Positions 29,137 through 38,570 of a stretch of 64,000 nt of DNA are shown here, one piece after another; positions within the stretch are counted from its first letter, which is position 1, and every line of letters begins with the position of its first letter. This DNA is from a virus: IMG/VR virus record IMGVR_UViG_3300037189_023236; one strand, 5' to 3'. The notes beneath the pieces are model-generated. The model saw only the letters and a list, made by a program, of their open reading frames with translations. It was not told where the DNA came from and did not search any database. The position numbers and the translations under genes are program-made.

Positions 29137-29424
29137 TCACGTCCTTTCTTTTTTGCGGCGGTAATCCTGAATAGCTTTGATTGCTTTACGCAACTCCGGC
29201 ATACGCTCCGTGTCCTCGAAAATGCCGTCGCCTTCGGGACTGGATTCGTATACCAGGTCGTCTAAGCAATCTGGCGTTTCAGCAGTAAAATGTCCGTGCC
29301 GTAAACGCAGATAACCAATTTTTTCTTTACCCTGGTATACGTCGTATTGCTCAGGGCAGGCAAAAGACGTACGCACAAGCCGGCAACCGTCAAGCTCGAA
29401 ATCGAACTCGTCGTCAGGCGTCAT
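29137..29424 (-). CDS. phage hypothetical protein
   Basis: ACPEQYDVY...GYLRLRHG; overlaps the upstream gene and ends 1 nt before the next. Confidence 0.65.
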   Translation of the reverse strand: MTPDDEFDFELDGCRLVRTSFACPEQYDVYQGKEKIGYLRLRHGHFTAETPDCLDDLVYESSPEGDGIFEDTERMPELRKAIKAIQDYRRKKERT

Positions 29425-29740
29425 GCGTTGGCGCCTCGCTAATCCACTGCTTCATAGCGGCATAGCTGCCGTGGCAAACCGCCGGCGCAATATTGTAAAA
29501 CCACTGCAAATACAGTTTGAGCAGCTGCAGATTCTGGTCGTCAGCGCGACTTACGGCATTGCGTAAGTCATTGCAAATAATGGCCGTAAGGAAATGGCCA
29601 GGTTGGATGCGATCTTGTACATAACGCAAAAGCGCCATGCGCATAGGCTCCGGAATAGCTGTGTAGACGCCCGGAAACCAGTCATGAGGAATTGACGGCG
29701 CAGGGGCTTCTGACAAAGAAACAGGTAAAGAGTTTTCCAC
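29414..29740 (-). CDS. phage hypothetical protein
   Basis: PGHFLTAIICNDL..A...AD motif. Confidence 0.65.
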   Translation of the reverse strand: MENSLPVSLSEAPAPSIPHDWFPGVYTAIPEPMRMALLRYVQDRIQPGHFLTAIICNDLRNAVSRADDQNLQLLKLYLQWFYNIAPAVCHGSYAAMKQWISEAPTHDA

Positions 29741-29762
29741 AAAAACCTCTCAAGTAAAACGG

Positions 29763-30047
29763 TTACGAACCAATTTCAAGCTGCACAACTCCCGATGCCG
29801 ACTGACCATCTGTGTTGGGGCCGCCAATTTCAATAGTTGGCGGATTGTCGAGATCGTAGCCAGCGCCGGCGTCAATAATTTCAATACTGACAATTGCGCC
29901 GTTACTCACCTCAGCCAATCCAGTTGCAGTTCGGCCATTTTCGCCGTTCGGCGGAGCGAACGCTACAAACGGCGGCGCAGTATAACCGCTGCCGCCACTA
30001 ACGATGACAACGCCGGACACACGACCAACGAGAGCAGAATCTGGCAT
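29763..30047 (-). CDS. small protein built from phage virion-type GGSGY repeat
   Basis: VSGGSGYTAPP...ATGLAEVSNGAIVSIEIIDAGAGY..PP. Confidence 0.6.
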   Translation of the reverse strand: MPDSALVGRVSGVVIVSGGSGYTAPPFVAFAPPNGENGRTATGLAEVSNGAIVSIEIIDAGAGYDLDNPPTIEIGGPNTDGQSASGVVQLEIGS

Positions 30048-30355
30048 TATTTTTCCTCTGGTGTTGTTGCTTGCGGCAGCGTGGATTGATGATACACAGC
30101 ATGCAACGTGTGCAACTCAATAAGCGCTTGCGCAAGCGGGAAGATGATTTGATCGTCAAAAGAGATTAGCCGCCCGGGAAAGTTGCGTAACTCGATTTTA
30201 AGGCGCCGGTCTTTTTCGTCATGCCAGACACGCAAATACGCAGGATACCCATCGATAACAGGTCCGACGTCAAGTGCGTGAGCAGGCGCGACGTAGTTAG
30301 ACTTTGTTGGTTTTTCTGGCGCAAAAAACCAATCAGTCACTTTGCGCAACGTCAT
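30047..30355 (-). CDS. hypothetical protein
   Basis: 102 aa, overlaps both neighbours. Confidence 0.55.
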   Translation of the reverse strand: MTLRKVTDWFFAPEKPTKSNYVAPAHALDVGPVIDGYPAYLRVWHDEKDRRLKIELRNFPGRLISFDDQIIFPLAQALIELHTLHAVYHQSTLPQATTPEEK

Positions 30356-30785
30356 CTATTGGAATCTCCTGCGCAGATGTTTTATCAGCAATTCGTTCGT
30401 TGATTAGCGCTACAGCAGTCGCGGAGTCTGGAACCTCGATGTACGGCAGCGTGTTCTGCAGATGCTCCCATTTCGTTGCGCCAACGCCGGCGACATTGAT
30501 CTCGTTCTCGACTTGCGGGCTAAAAATCTCTAGCCGCGCAATTTCGACAGCGAGCGCTTTATCGGAAAACACCATGATGCTGCCTTTTTTGTCGGCAAAA
30601 AATGCCGTGCCAGCGTCATTCGAGATGACCCAACGCACAGGCGGTTCGCCCGTATCGATGTGGTGGTAAACCTCGGGGACGAACACAGCGCCTTCTGGCC
30701 GGCCGTGGCACTTTTTGAATTTGCGGGAAGAACCGCACGGGCACAGCTCATTGCGCCCGATTCTGGATCGTGTCTTCTCTGACAT
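30333..30785 (-). CDS. SEC-C zinc-motif protein
   Basis: IGRNELCPCGSSRKFKKCHG; AAGGAG RBS before MSEKT. Confidence 0.85.
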   Translation of the reverse strand: MSEKTRSRIGRNELCPCGSSRKFKKCHGRPEGAVFVPEVYHHIDTGEPPVRWVISNDAGTAFFADKKGSIMVFSDKALAVEIARLEIFSPQVENEINVAGVGATKWEHLQNTLPYIEVPDSATAVALINERIADKTSAQEIPIDDVAQSD

Positions 30786-30815
30786 AGGCACTCCTTGCAC
30801 TGAGGCGAGTTGCGA

Positions 30816-30843
30816 AGTCTACCAAATGCTACGCGGGACGCAA
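30816..30843 (-). promoter_or_regulatory. putative sigma70-type promoter with extended -10
   Basis: TTGCGT-N16-TAGACT with TGg before the -10. Confidence 0.4.
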
Positions 30844-31049
30844 GTCTGGTAATCTGGGTAAGAAGTGTTTGGCAAATTTAAGTACGCCGCCCGCAAAAAC
30901 ACCGCAATTTTGGGCGTTTTACGCATGTGCTGCCGCGAAGCACTCGTTCACTTTTGTATATTCTTTCTTTCGAAAGATGTAAGACAATTCAGCACCTTCT
31001 AAGCTGGATACGGTGGCGCCTACAGGAGCGCCAACCGGATCCAAGCAGC

Positions 31050-31490
31050 CTATCGCCGAAACTCAAACAGCTTTTGCACATGCTCCCACATTAGCTCGAA
31101 AAAAGCGTCTGCAATTTTGTCTTCGATTGCTTCGAAGATTTCTAGCTGAGTAGGTTCGTTTGTTTGCTGCGATAAGGTAATTGTGTGCTTTTTCTTTTTA
31201 TCTGTTGTTTGAGTTTTGCCGTCAGCGCCAACCGAGATTAGTTTTCGGTCGAAGCCTATGTCATTTTGATCGGCGAAACAACCCCAAATGCCGGTATCGC
31301 TATTGAGCTTCCATGCAGTGCAGTTTCCAAAATTGTTGTAGATCAGTCGAAATGGGCCGCGCTTTTCGTCGTCTACAAAAGTCATAGGCCACCGAAACAT
31401 AAACGATTCATACTTAATTGAGCCGTTGTCTAATGGCACGACTTGCTTAATGATCTTGCCCTGCTGCGTATCTTCTCGAACGGTGAACAA
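31050..31490 (-). CDS. hypothetical protein
   Basis: 146 aa, GGAGG RBS, TTG start. Confidence 0.55.
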   Translation of the reverse strand: MFTVREDTQQGKIIKQVVPLDNGSIKYESFMFRWPMTFVDDEKRGPFRLIYNNFGNCTAWKLNSDTGIWGCFADQNDIGFDRKLISVGADGKTQTTDKKKKHTITLSQQTNEPTQLEIFEAIEDKIADAFFELMWEHVQKLFEFRR

Positions 31491-31516
31491 ACTACACCTC
31501 CGTAATTGCGGCCAGC

Positions 31517-31544
31517 GCAGGGGGCGGTTTTACCCGCCCCCTGC
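31517..31544 (-). terminator. GC-rich hairpin
   Basis: GCAGGGGGCGG/CCGCCCCCTGC 11-bp stem after the 31563 gene; no clear U-tract. Confidence 0.5.
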
Positions 31545-31562
31545 TTGCGGCCTACTTAGTCA

Positions 31563-32174
31563 TCAGTCAAATACGCGCCGGATGCCGAGATCCGCTGCTA
31601 CCGTGCGCTGGAACGTAATCCGGTATGTACCCGGAGGCAGAACCCAATCACCGTGTTCTGGATGCGAAATCTTGCTCTCGTGCGTGAGCGTAAAAATCGG
31701 ACCGCAGAAATTTAACGCGTCGCTAAGCTTATCAGCAATTAGGACGGACTTTGATCGCCACTTGTTGGCCTGTTCTTCAGTTTCACCAGCAATTTCACGA
31801 GCTAGTTTGCGCATATCCAGCGACAATTCCAGCACGCTATCTCGCACAGCTTGCCAGTCGTCTTCTTCGCCCGGGGCAATTGCGCTTACGTTTAGCACGT
31901 AAACCGTAGCGTTTACGGACTCCTCAAGCATATGCCGCGAACCCTTGGTATTACCGGGGGCAAGCTGCATTGGATACACCGGCGCCATTACGCGCTTGTA
32001 GAACTTTGGCGTTTCGCTCGGCTCCGGAATCTTTTGAATGTAGATATCGCCTTGCCGGACTGCGTCACCAATACTGGCAGCGTCGGGAAACCGCTGCTCT
32101 GCGTCGTTCTTGACGCGTTCTACTGCTTCGTCAACTCGGGCAACCGCCTTATCGATCGTTAACAACGTACTCAT
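31563..32174 (-). CDS. RQGD-motif protein (DUF6745 partner)
   Basis: RQGD, LAPG...GSRH, HPEH...LPPG.Y...Q...D. Confidence 0.65.
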   Translation of the reverse strand: MSTLLTIDKAVARVDEAVERVKNDAEQRFPDAASIGDAVRQGDIYIQKIPEPSETPKFYKRVMAPVYPMQLAPGNTKGSRHMLEESVNATVYVLNVSAIAPGEEDDWQAVRDSVLELSLDMRKLAREIAGETEEQANKWRSKSVLIADKLSDALNFCGPIFTLTHESKISHPEHGDWVLPPGTYRITFQRTVAADLGIRRVFD

Positions 32175-32189
32175 GGAAAACTCCTAAAG

Positions 32190-33563
32190 TCAGGATGCAC
32201 CGACAACATTGATGGGATATTTAGCGTACGGCAAATAAGCCGTTGTAGCGCCATCTGCAAGCCACTTCTGCGCTTGTTCGCAGTTTGTGATTGCCTGATC
32301 GGGAAATTCTTTCAACTCGTTTTCATTTGCGGCCAAGCCATTCAGTGCCGGACTATCGGGATGCCTGACAGTTCTTGGAACTGCGATAAAGTATTTTCTG
32401 CCGGTTGAGCGGCAAGACAATACCATGCGCAGCGGTTCAGACGGACCCCACGCCGGCCGCCCTGGACGATCGGGCGGATCGATCAACACCTCGAACGTGT
32501 TATCGACCCAGTTTTCGCGGCTGTCTGCGATTTTGGCGTTAATAGCTGTCAGATAATTATGCCAGCCCATCCGGTCAATGGCTACTCGGCGCTCTTCTTC
32601 ATTATCGATATTGAAGATCATTTCTTTCGTCAGCGTCGTGGGCGCCATTACGATTTGCTCGCCGTACTGCGATAGATAATGCCCATCGACATACCACAGC
32701 TTTTTGCCGTCAGGCCAAACAACTGCCGGACCCGTGTCATTATGCAGCTGCTCATCTGCAGTCACCTGAAACACCGGCCGATCGGTTAGCAGCAAATAAG
32801 CGCTATCAAACTGCATAAATGCGGGCACGTGGTGAAAAATTTCGTAAGGCCAGATTGACTGCGGATCTTTGCAGCCGATGGCTTTGCAAATAATCTCTGC
32901 CTGCACTGCGTCAAACTTGTGCCGGTTAGGAATATGGAGCCCGAGCATTATGTCATCGATAAAACCAGACACGGCCTCATGCAGTGAAAAATACGACATA
33001 TCCACGTGAGCTTGCGCGCTCAGAAAATTTAGCCGCCAATCGCGCGTTTGGCATTCAGCTCGCTCGTCAGCCGGCGCATTATTTTTCGGCACTGGGAGCA
33101 TAAAGCGGTACAGCGCGTGTAAATCTTGCAAACTAACCATTATGCGCGGCCCGGAATACGCCAACCACGGCCGCGGAGGTTCAGCGGTTGCCATGTTATG
33201 AAAATGCCGCTGAATTACAGCTAGCATCGTATTAGTGGTTGATTCAGGGCTGGCCCATCGGCACGCGCGATTTGTAAGTTGTATTGGGCGGCCTATGCGC
33301 GTAAGCGGTTTGATAAACGCTGTATCTATTCCTAATTCCGTAGCCAACTCCGTCGCCGCCTTTTTCGAAACGCGCCCGCGAAGCACCGCCTGCGCGATGT
33401 AAAACTCGAGCGGCGAGCGCGCTTCAAAAAATCGCAAGTCTTGGGGGAAAGCGGCCTGCAGCAGCGTTTTTGCCCGAGCTACGTTTGGCGGCGCCGTGCT
33501 TGTAATTGTTTCACGCCACCGGTGTGTAGTTTCTTCGATGATCCGTGTAAATCGCTTGCTCAT
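32190..33563 (-). CDS. DUF6745-domain protein
   Basis: DRP......LHNDTGPAVVWPDG..LWYVDG...I.NEEERRVAI..MGW...C.STGRKY. Confidence 0.7.
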   Translation of the reverse strand: MSKRFTRIIEETTHRWRETITSTAPPNVARAKTLLQAAFPQDLRFFEARSPLEFYIAQAVLRGRVSKKAATELATELGIDTAFIKPLTRIGRPIQLTNRACRWASPESTTNTMLAVIQRHFHNMATAEPPRPWLAYSGPRIMVSLQDLHALYRFMLPVPKNNAPADERAECQTRDWRLNFLSAQAHVDMSYFSLHEAVSGFIDDIMLGLHIPNRHKFDAVQAEIICKAIGCKDPQSIWPYEIFHHVPAFMQFDSAYLLLTDRPVFQVTADEQLHNDTGPAVVWPDGKKLWYVDGHYLSQYGEQIVMAPTTLTKEMIFNIDNEEERRVAIDRMGWHNYLTAINAKIADSRENWVDNTFEVLIDPPDRPGRPAWGPSEPLRMVLSCRSTGRKYFIAVPRTVRHPDSPALNGLAANENELKEFPDQAITNCEQAQKWLADGATTAYLPYAKYPINVVGAS

Positions 33564-33594
33564 CCTAAGTAACCTTTCTTAAATGGGTAACTGC

Positions 33595-33990
33595 TCAGTA
33601 TTCGCTCGGCAGCAGAATCGTGTAATGGATTCCGTCGCCAGAAGGCATGCAATACAGCTTTAGCTCATTTAGATCGAAATCCGTGTAGTCGATTTCCTGC
33701 TCAACGACAGGCGGCAATCCACTGTCTTCAACGCACACAAGGCGCGCTGTTTTGTCAGGGTTTACCGAAAGCGTCCAGAATTGTGCATCCTGCAGTCGCG
33801 GGTTTTTCAGTAATTCAGGCTGGTGCGCCGCAATTGCGTCCATAAGCCAGAATGCACCGTGTGCTCCGCCGTGCTCTGCTACGTATTGCGCGCCATCTGT
33901 TAAAAGCATTTTGGGAAACATCGGCGACCAGCGACGCCAGGTCTCGGTTCCTGTGAACTGCGATAGTTCGTGAGTTTTAATGGGCATCAA
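33595..33990 (-). CDS. DUF6876-like protein
   Basis: FTGTE.W, LTDGA.YVA, FWLMDAI, Q.I.YTDF, LLPSEY. Confidence 0.7.
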   Translation of the reverse strand: MMPIKTHELSQFTGTETWRRWSPMFPKMLLTDGAQYVAEHGGAHGAFWLMDAIAAHQPELLKNPRLQDAQFWTLSVNPDKTARLVCVEDSGLPPVVEQEIDYTDFDLNELKLYCMPSGDGIHYTILLPSEY

Positions 33991-34053
33991 TTATCCTTTA
34001 TTCTGCTTTACTTCGCTTTTGATTTTGTCTTCGCTTTAGCCATCGGCAGCTCC

Positions 34054-34335
34054 TCACGTGGTTACAGGTTGAATCACTTCGGCGTTGTCGTCTAGCGCAA
34101 CTTTTGTCAAATTCATTTTGCGCGCTGTCCAGCCAATAAAATGCTGTTGAATGTGTGCTGTTAATTCTTCTTTGGTAGCGGTTAGATCTGTCACGCGTAA
34201 CGCCGGATAGTTCTCGGGGTGCCAGGAAATGTCTTTCCACTCATTCGTGCCTGGAATTGTTAGATACGCCTGAAATCCGCCGGCGTCGTTTACTAGTAGT
34301 ACGCCGCCGCGCTCTGTCAGTGAGTTTGCGCCCAT
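34054..34335 (-). CDS. hypothetical protein
   Basis: Start MGANS with GGAG RBS. Confidence 0.55.
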   Translation of the reverse strand: MGANSLTERGGVLLVNDAGGFQAYLTIPGTNEWKDISWHPENYPALRVTDLTATKEELTAHIQQHFIGWTARKMNLTKVALDDNAEVIQPVTT

Positions 34336-34349
34336 ACAATCTCCATAGG

Positions 34350-34802
34350 TTAAACAGGCCACACATACGGCAAGTCGTCTGGCTCGTCCCATCCAAAAAC
34401 ACTGTAATACTTCTTATCTTTGCGCAGTAAATTGCTTCTGTGACTTGCGTGAAATGCGTCGTCGCCAATCCACAACGGTTTTTTTGCCGGCGCTAGCGTA
34501 CTGCCCGCGGCCAGTCGAGCGTATACATCAATAAATTCGTGGCTCAGCGTGTCGTTAAATCTGCGCCGACGCCATTCGGCACACATACACGCGCCGTATA
34601 CGACTAGCGACAGCTCGTACCCGCGCCACATGCGCACGGCCGGGTGATTGAGCCAACCGCGCTTACCGGGCTTGTGGGGGCCTACAGCAACGCCTAGAGC
34701 CAGCAAGATCTGCTTGCACTCTAGGCGCTGTTTACCGAGGCGTTTATTGTCTAGATATTTTGCGGATTTTGCGTAGTCTGGATCAGGCAAAAACGTTTGC
34801 AC
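34350..34802 (-). CDS. pyrimidine-dimer DNA glycosylase-like (MSMEG_6728 family)
   Basis: MQTFLP...LDNKRLGKQRLE...HPAVRMWRG...HASHRSNLLRKD...YVWP. Confidence 0.85.
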   Translation of the reverse strand: MQTFLPDPDYAKSAKYLDNKRLGKQRLECKQILLALGVAVGPHKPGKRGWLNHPAVRMWRGYELSLVVYGACMCAEWRRRRFNDTLSHEFIDVYARLAAGSTLAPAKKPLWIGDDAFHASHRSNLLRKDKKYYSVFGWDEPDDLPYVWPV

Positions 34803-34803
34803 G

Positions 34804-35238
34804 TCAATCCCTGTTCTCCATCTCGTGCCGGCACTTGTAGCAGATCAGCCCTTCCGCTGCTCCGCTAAGATCAGATACGGGGTACATGTCTCCGCAGTAG
34901 TGACACTGGTGCGTCAGACTCCCCTCTTCGATTAGCTGCCGCTCGTCTGCCATGTCGTAGGCCGCTTCTTGCGGCTTTTCATTTGCCATTTCGGCTCTGA
35001 GCGCGGCGACAGCCCGGCCCCCCGCCTCAAACGCCTCAACAGCTGTTTTTTCTTTTTTCGTTTCCATTAGCTCCACAAATTCATTGAATTCGCGTTCGTC
35101 CTCTCGGATAATGCGTTTGAATGCTTTTCTTAGATCTGCGTGAAACTCAGGCCGCGTGTGCGACTTTAACGCTACCCACAGCTCGTGCAGATTCTCTTTG
35201 AAATGTCTAAATTGGCGCTTAGTTAGTCTTTTGCTCAT
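34804..35238 (-). CDS. hypothetical protein with C-terminal zinc finger
   Basis: CHYC...CYKC; ATGA overlap with hldD. Confidence 0.6.
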   Translation of the reverse strand: MSKRLTKRQFRHFKENLHELWVALKSHTRPEFHADLRKAFKRIIREDEREFNEFVELMETKKEKTAVEAFEAGGRAVAALRAEMANEKPQEAAYDMADERQLIEEGSLTHQCHYCGDMYPVSDLSGAAEGLICYKCRHEMENRD

Positions 35239-36167
35239 CTGTAAAACTCCTTTCTGTATTGTTGAATCGCAGTCGCTAGCGGCGTGACCGGGGCGTGATA
35301 TCCCGCGGCCCGTAATTTTGATAAATCGGCTTGCGTGAATTTCTGATACGCACCTTCGAGCTCCGTCGGCATCGGAATAAGCTCGAGCTTTACGCCGACG
35401 TAGTTTTCGCGAAGCAGAGTGGCAAGCGCCATAAAGCTGACGGCCGCTCCCGTGCCGATGTTGTAGATACCGCTTATCCGGTTATCAAACAGGTAGAGCG
35501 ACATAGCTACCGCATCGTCTACGTAAATGAAGTCGCGCTTGATGTCTTCGCTGCCTTCAAATAAGTAAATGGTTTCATTGAGGTCTATAGCTTTAAAGCA
35601 TTTGCACACAAAGCTCGCCATTTCGCCCTTGTGGTTTTCGCCGGGGCCGTACACATTGAAATAGCGCAGACCGGTCACGGGCACGGTAACTTTGCGGCAC
35701 TCCAGCTGCCGGCGCACGTATTGGTCAAAAGCCCACTTAGAAAACGCATACGGTGATTTAGGCTTTTCGCATTCTGGCTCTTCGGTAAACCCGTTTTTGC
35801 CGTCGCCATACACGCTTGCTGAGCTGGCATATACGAACGGGGCTTCAAAACGTTTGGCTACTTCCAGCATTCGTTTTGAGAACGCGTAATTCTGTTCCAT
35901 GAGAATCTTGCCGTTCGTAAACATCGTGTCAGATATAGCGCCAAGATGCACGACGCCATCGATGTCTACGTTGCAACCACCGGGCTCATTTTTGTCGATA
36001 ATTTCGCGCCAATCGTAGTAATCGGCAAACTGTAGCCCGACCAGATTCATAGCCTTGCGGCCGTCCATGAGGTCGTCTACGACCAATATGTCAGATCTGC
36101 CGCGCGCGTTCAGTTCGGCTATGACGTTTGACCCAATAAAACCAGCACCGCCTGTGACGAGCAGCAT
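35235..36167 (-). CDS. hldD: ADP-L-glycero-D-manno-heptose 6-epimerase
   Basis: VTGGAGFIGSN, VVDDL.DG.K, HLGAISDT, YASSASVYG, YAFSK, GLRYFNVYGP.E.HKG.MAS, RDFIYV, YQKFTQAD. Confidence 0.92.
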   Translation of the reverse strand: MLLVTGGAGFIGSNVIAELNARGRSDILVVDDLMDGRKAMNLVGLQFADYYDWREIIDKNEPGGCNVDIDGVVHLGAISDTMFTNGKILMEQNYAFSKRMLEVAKRFEAPFVYASSASVYGDGKNGFTEEPECEKPKSPYAFSKWAFDQYVRRQLECRKVTVPVTGLRYFNVYGPGENHKGEMASFVCKCFKAIDLNETIYLFEGSEDIKRDFIYVDDAVAMSLYLFDNRISGIYNIGTGAAVSFMALATLLRENYVGVKLELIPMPTELEGAYQKFTQADLSKLRAAGYHAPVTPLATAIQQYRKEFYR

Positions 36168-36179
36168 CCTGCGTTTCTC

Positions 36180-36632
36180 CTATTCGCGAGTTCGCGTGAC
36201 TATGCCGGCCAAAGCGTCGATGGGCGCAACGGTCTGTCTTTGCGCTACAGTAAACATCTTTGATCTAGCCGGTCGGTTTACATCTTCTTGCGGCGTTTCG
36301 TTGCGCAGATTTGCGAGCATTTCTTCAGTTTCTTCTAGACACAAGAAGCCGATGTGCAGGACAGCAGTGACTGTACCTTGCTCGTCGTCTTCGCAACCGC
36401 CTGGACCGGGCAATAACGCTAGATCTAGCAATTTGCTTTTGAGCCAAACAAGCGGTCCGGCGGCGGTCACCAGATAGTCTGTTTTCAAGCTTGCTTTTAC
36501 GCGTTTATCGTGCGTCTTTATGTACGCCGTATAAATGACTGCCGCGCACTCTAGTGAGATATCTACGTCCCACCACTCTCTAACTACGTCCTGAACTCCA
36601 AGCGGACTGCGCATTTGTTCGTATACCCGCAT
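36180..36632 (-). CDS. hypothetical protein
   Basis: 150 aa, GGAGG RBS. Confidence 0.6.
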   Translation of the reverse strand: MRVYEQMRSPLGVQDVVREWWDVDISLECAAVIYTAYIKTHDKRVKASLKTDYLVTAAGPLVWLKSKLLDLALLPGPGGCEDDEQGTVTAVLHIGFLCLEETEEMLANLRNETPQEDVNRPARSKMFTVAQRQTVAPIDALAGIVTRTRE

Positions 36633-36646
36633 GGTCGCCTCCTGCG

Positions 36647-37090
36647 TTAGTCGTTGTCCTCGTCTTCTTCTTCGTCCATGTTTTCTGTGATTTTCTCCAG
36701 CTCGGCCTCTGTCGGCTTTCGCAGAGCTGGTGTATACGCGCCTAATTTAAATCGCGCAATCGCCGTCTGGTTCATAATGCACCGAAGCCTGTTCAAACTG
36801 TCATGCAGGCGCGCCAGCCACATCATGAACATATCGCGTTCTTCGGCGGGAAAAACGTCATCAATATCATCATCATCGTCATCCGCGGCAACTTCTTCGC
36901 CGGCGTTTACTTCAGCCGCGCAAATCCTGGCGTGCGCGGCAGCTAACGCGCCGCATCGCATAAAACGGTCAATATCGCGCGGCATGTCATTTAACCATTC
37001 GGCTAATTTATTCATGTCGCGTGCCGTGGCTTTGTAATCAATTTCGTTGTCGTCGTCTTCGTACTCGTCGTCGTAAAAAGTCATGAGCAC
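36647..37090 (-). CDS. acidic hypothetical protein
   Basis: 147 aa, AAGGA RBS. Confidence 0.6.
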   Translation of the reverse strand: MLMTFYDDEYEDDDNEIDYKATARDMNKLAEWLNDMPRDIDRFMRCGALAAAHARICAAEVNAGEEVAADDDDDDIDDVFPAEERDMFMMWLARLHDSLNRLRCIMNQTAIARFKLGAYTPALRKPTEAELEKITENMDEEEDEDND

Positions 37091-37108
37091 TTTCCTTAGT
37101 TAAAGACA

Positions 37109-37143
37109 GCCCGGGCGGCAGCAATAGTTACTACCGCCCGGGC
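37109..37143 (-). terminator. putative intrinsic terminator
   Basis: GCCCGGGCGG...CCGCCCGGGC stem, followed by TGTCTTT. Confidence 0.6.
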
Positions 37144-37166
37144 CAAATCCGTTGCGTAATTTGCGA

Positions 37167-38204
37167 TTATCGCGTCATGCCTTTTTTACGCTGACCCTTT
37201 TTGCACTTCAGCGTTTCTTCTTCGATCAAGTAATCGTCCATATCAACGCTGGGGCCGTTTTGCCAGTTGGCCTTGCGACCCCCCGGACCGACAAACCGCT
37301 CAACGCAACCCAAGAGCTTGGCAAGCCGCGTCAAGCGATGGCCCGCGCCACCGCCGCCCTTCTTCGCCATGATCTTGGTGACCTCGTACACGGCGTCGTG
37401 TTGCTTGCCGTTTTTAACGCCTGCATCGTTTTGGTGCAGTCGAAAGAAATCGACAACGTCAGACACGTGCTTTTTGAGCTCCGTGTATTTGAAGTGCGCC
37501 AGCATAAACGCGGCAGTTGGCGGACCAGAGAACCGAGCATACGTTGGGTCGATGCTGTCGAGAGCCCGAAGCTGTTCTTGAAAGAACTGCACGCAGGTTG
37601 CAACAGATGCCCTACGAAGATTTGCCGGCGCGCCTGGAATCTCGTAGAGCTTGCCAACTTCCCACAGCGCCTCCTTCATCGCCGCAACGATGCCCTTGCA
37701 CCCGCGGAAGAACGGAGACTTGTATTCGATATCAAACTGCTTGAACGCGCTGAATAGCTGATCAGCCGCGTCCTTTACCTGGCCGCTGTTGTCGAAGGTG
37801 TAGTACTCTTCGATAACGGCGTTTTCGTCTTTTACGTAGTGAACAACTACGTTTACATAATCAGGTACAGTTTCGGTGAGGCCATTGGCCCAGCCGTACG
37901 ACCTAGTGTGCCCGTCGAGCTTATACATGAACCCAGCCGCCGTCACCGCCATGTGGACGGTGTAATGAGCCTCACGTAGTTTCGTGAGGTATGATTTGGC
38001 TTTACGCCAGTGCCGTTCCGTATCGCGCTGTACGGGCGCATCCAGCACGGCAAGCCATTTTGCCAGCGGCATCTTCAACGTCGCCGGCTTCCCGACTTGG
38101 GCGGCGCTGCTAATTTGCTTTTGCTTTTTCACCGCAGTTATCGCTGCTTTTTTTGCAGCGCGCGTTTCCATTCCGCTAGTTTGCGGACGTTCCTTGCGAG
38201 ACAT
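37167..38204 (-). CDS. ParB/Srx-like N-terminal domain protein
   Basis: PVQR...KLDGHTR resembles the ParB-N DG.HR box. Confidence 0.45.
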   Translation of the reverse strand: MSRKERPQTSGMETRAAKKAAITAVKKQKQISSAAQVGKPATLKMPLAKWLAVLDAPVQRDTERHWRKAKSYLTKLREAHYTVHMAVTAAGFMYKLDGHTRSYGWANGLTETVPDYVNVVVHYVKDENAVIEEYYTFDNSGQVKDAADQLFSAFKQFDIEYKSPFFRGCKGIVAAMKEALWEVGKLYEIPGAPANLRRASVATCVQFFQEQLRALDSIDPTYARFSGPPTAAFMLAHFKYTELKKHVSDVVDFFRLHQNDAGVKNGKQHDAVYEVTKIMAKKGGGGAGHRLTRLAKLLGCVERFVGPGGRKANWQNGPSVDMDDYLIEEETLKCKKGQRKKGMTR

Positions 38205-38227
38205 ACTTACCCCTTCTGTTTCGAGGA

Positions 38228-38563
38228 TTAGTTACTAGAAAAATCAACCGGCGACTTCGATCTCTCTGCCTTTGCCGACACTTCGGCTTCGGGCAGCAAC
38301 TCGAACATACCCATTTCAACGTCCACAAAGACGTCGTTATACGGCCCGAACAACGACTGTCCAGTCATAATTCGGCACCGCATATGGGGTTCAACTAGCT
38401 GCCCTGCCGCATGTTCGTGCGGCAGGCAAAGCGTAATTGGAAAATTAACGTCGTCAGGCAGGGCGTCAATAAAATCCTGCCGAACAGCGCGGTTGTAGTT
38501 CTTCACAATTGCGCGTTTGTTAATTTTGTCCAGCATTTCTTTGTTGCAGTACTTGATCTTCAT
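38228..38563 (-). CDS. hypothetical protein
   Basis: Start MKIKY with GAGG RBS, 7 nt after the upstream stop. Confidence 0.6.
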   Translation of the reverse strand: MKIKYCNKEMLDKINKRAIVKNYNRAVRQDFIDALPDDVNFPITLCLPHEHAAGQLVEPHMRCRIMTGQSLFGPYNDVFVDVEMGMFELLPEAEVSAKAERSKSPVDFSSN

Positions 38564-38570
38564 GTGACCT

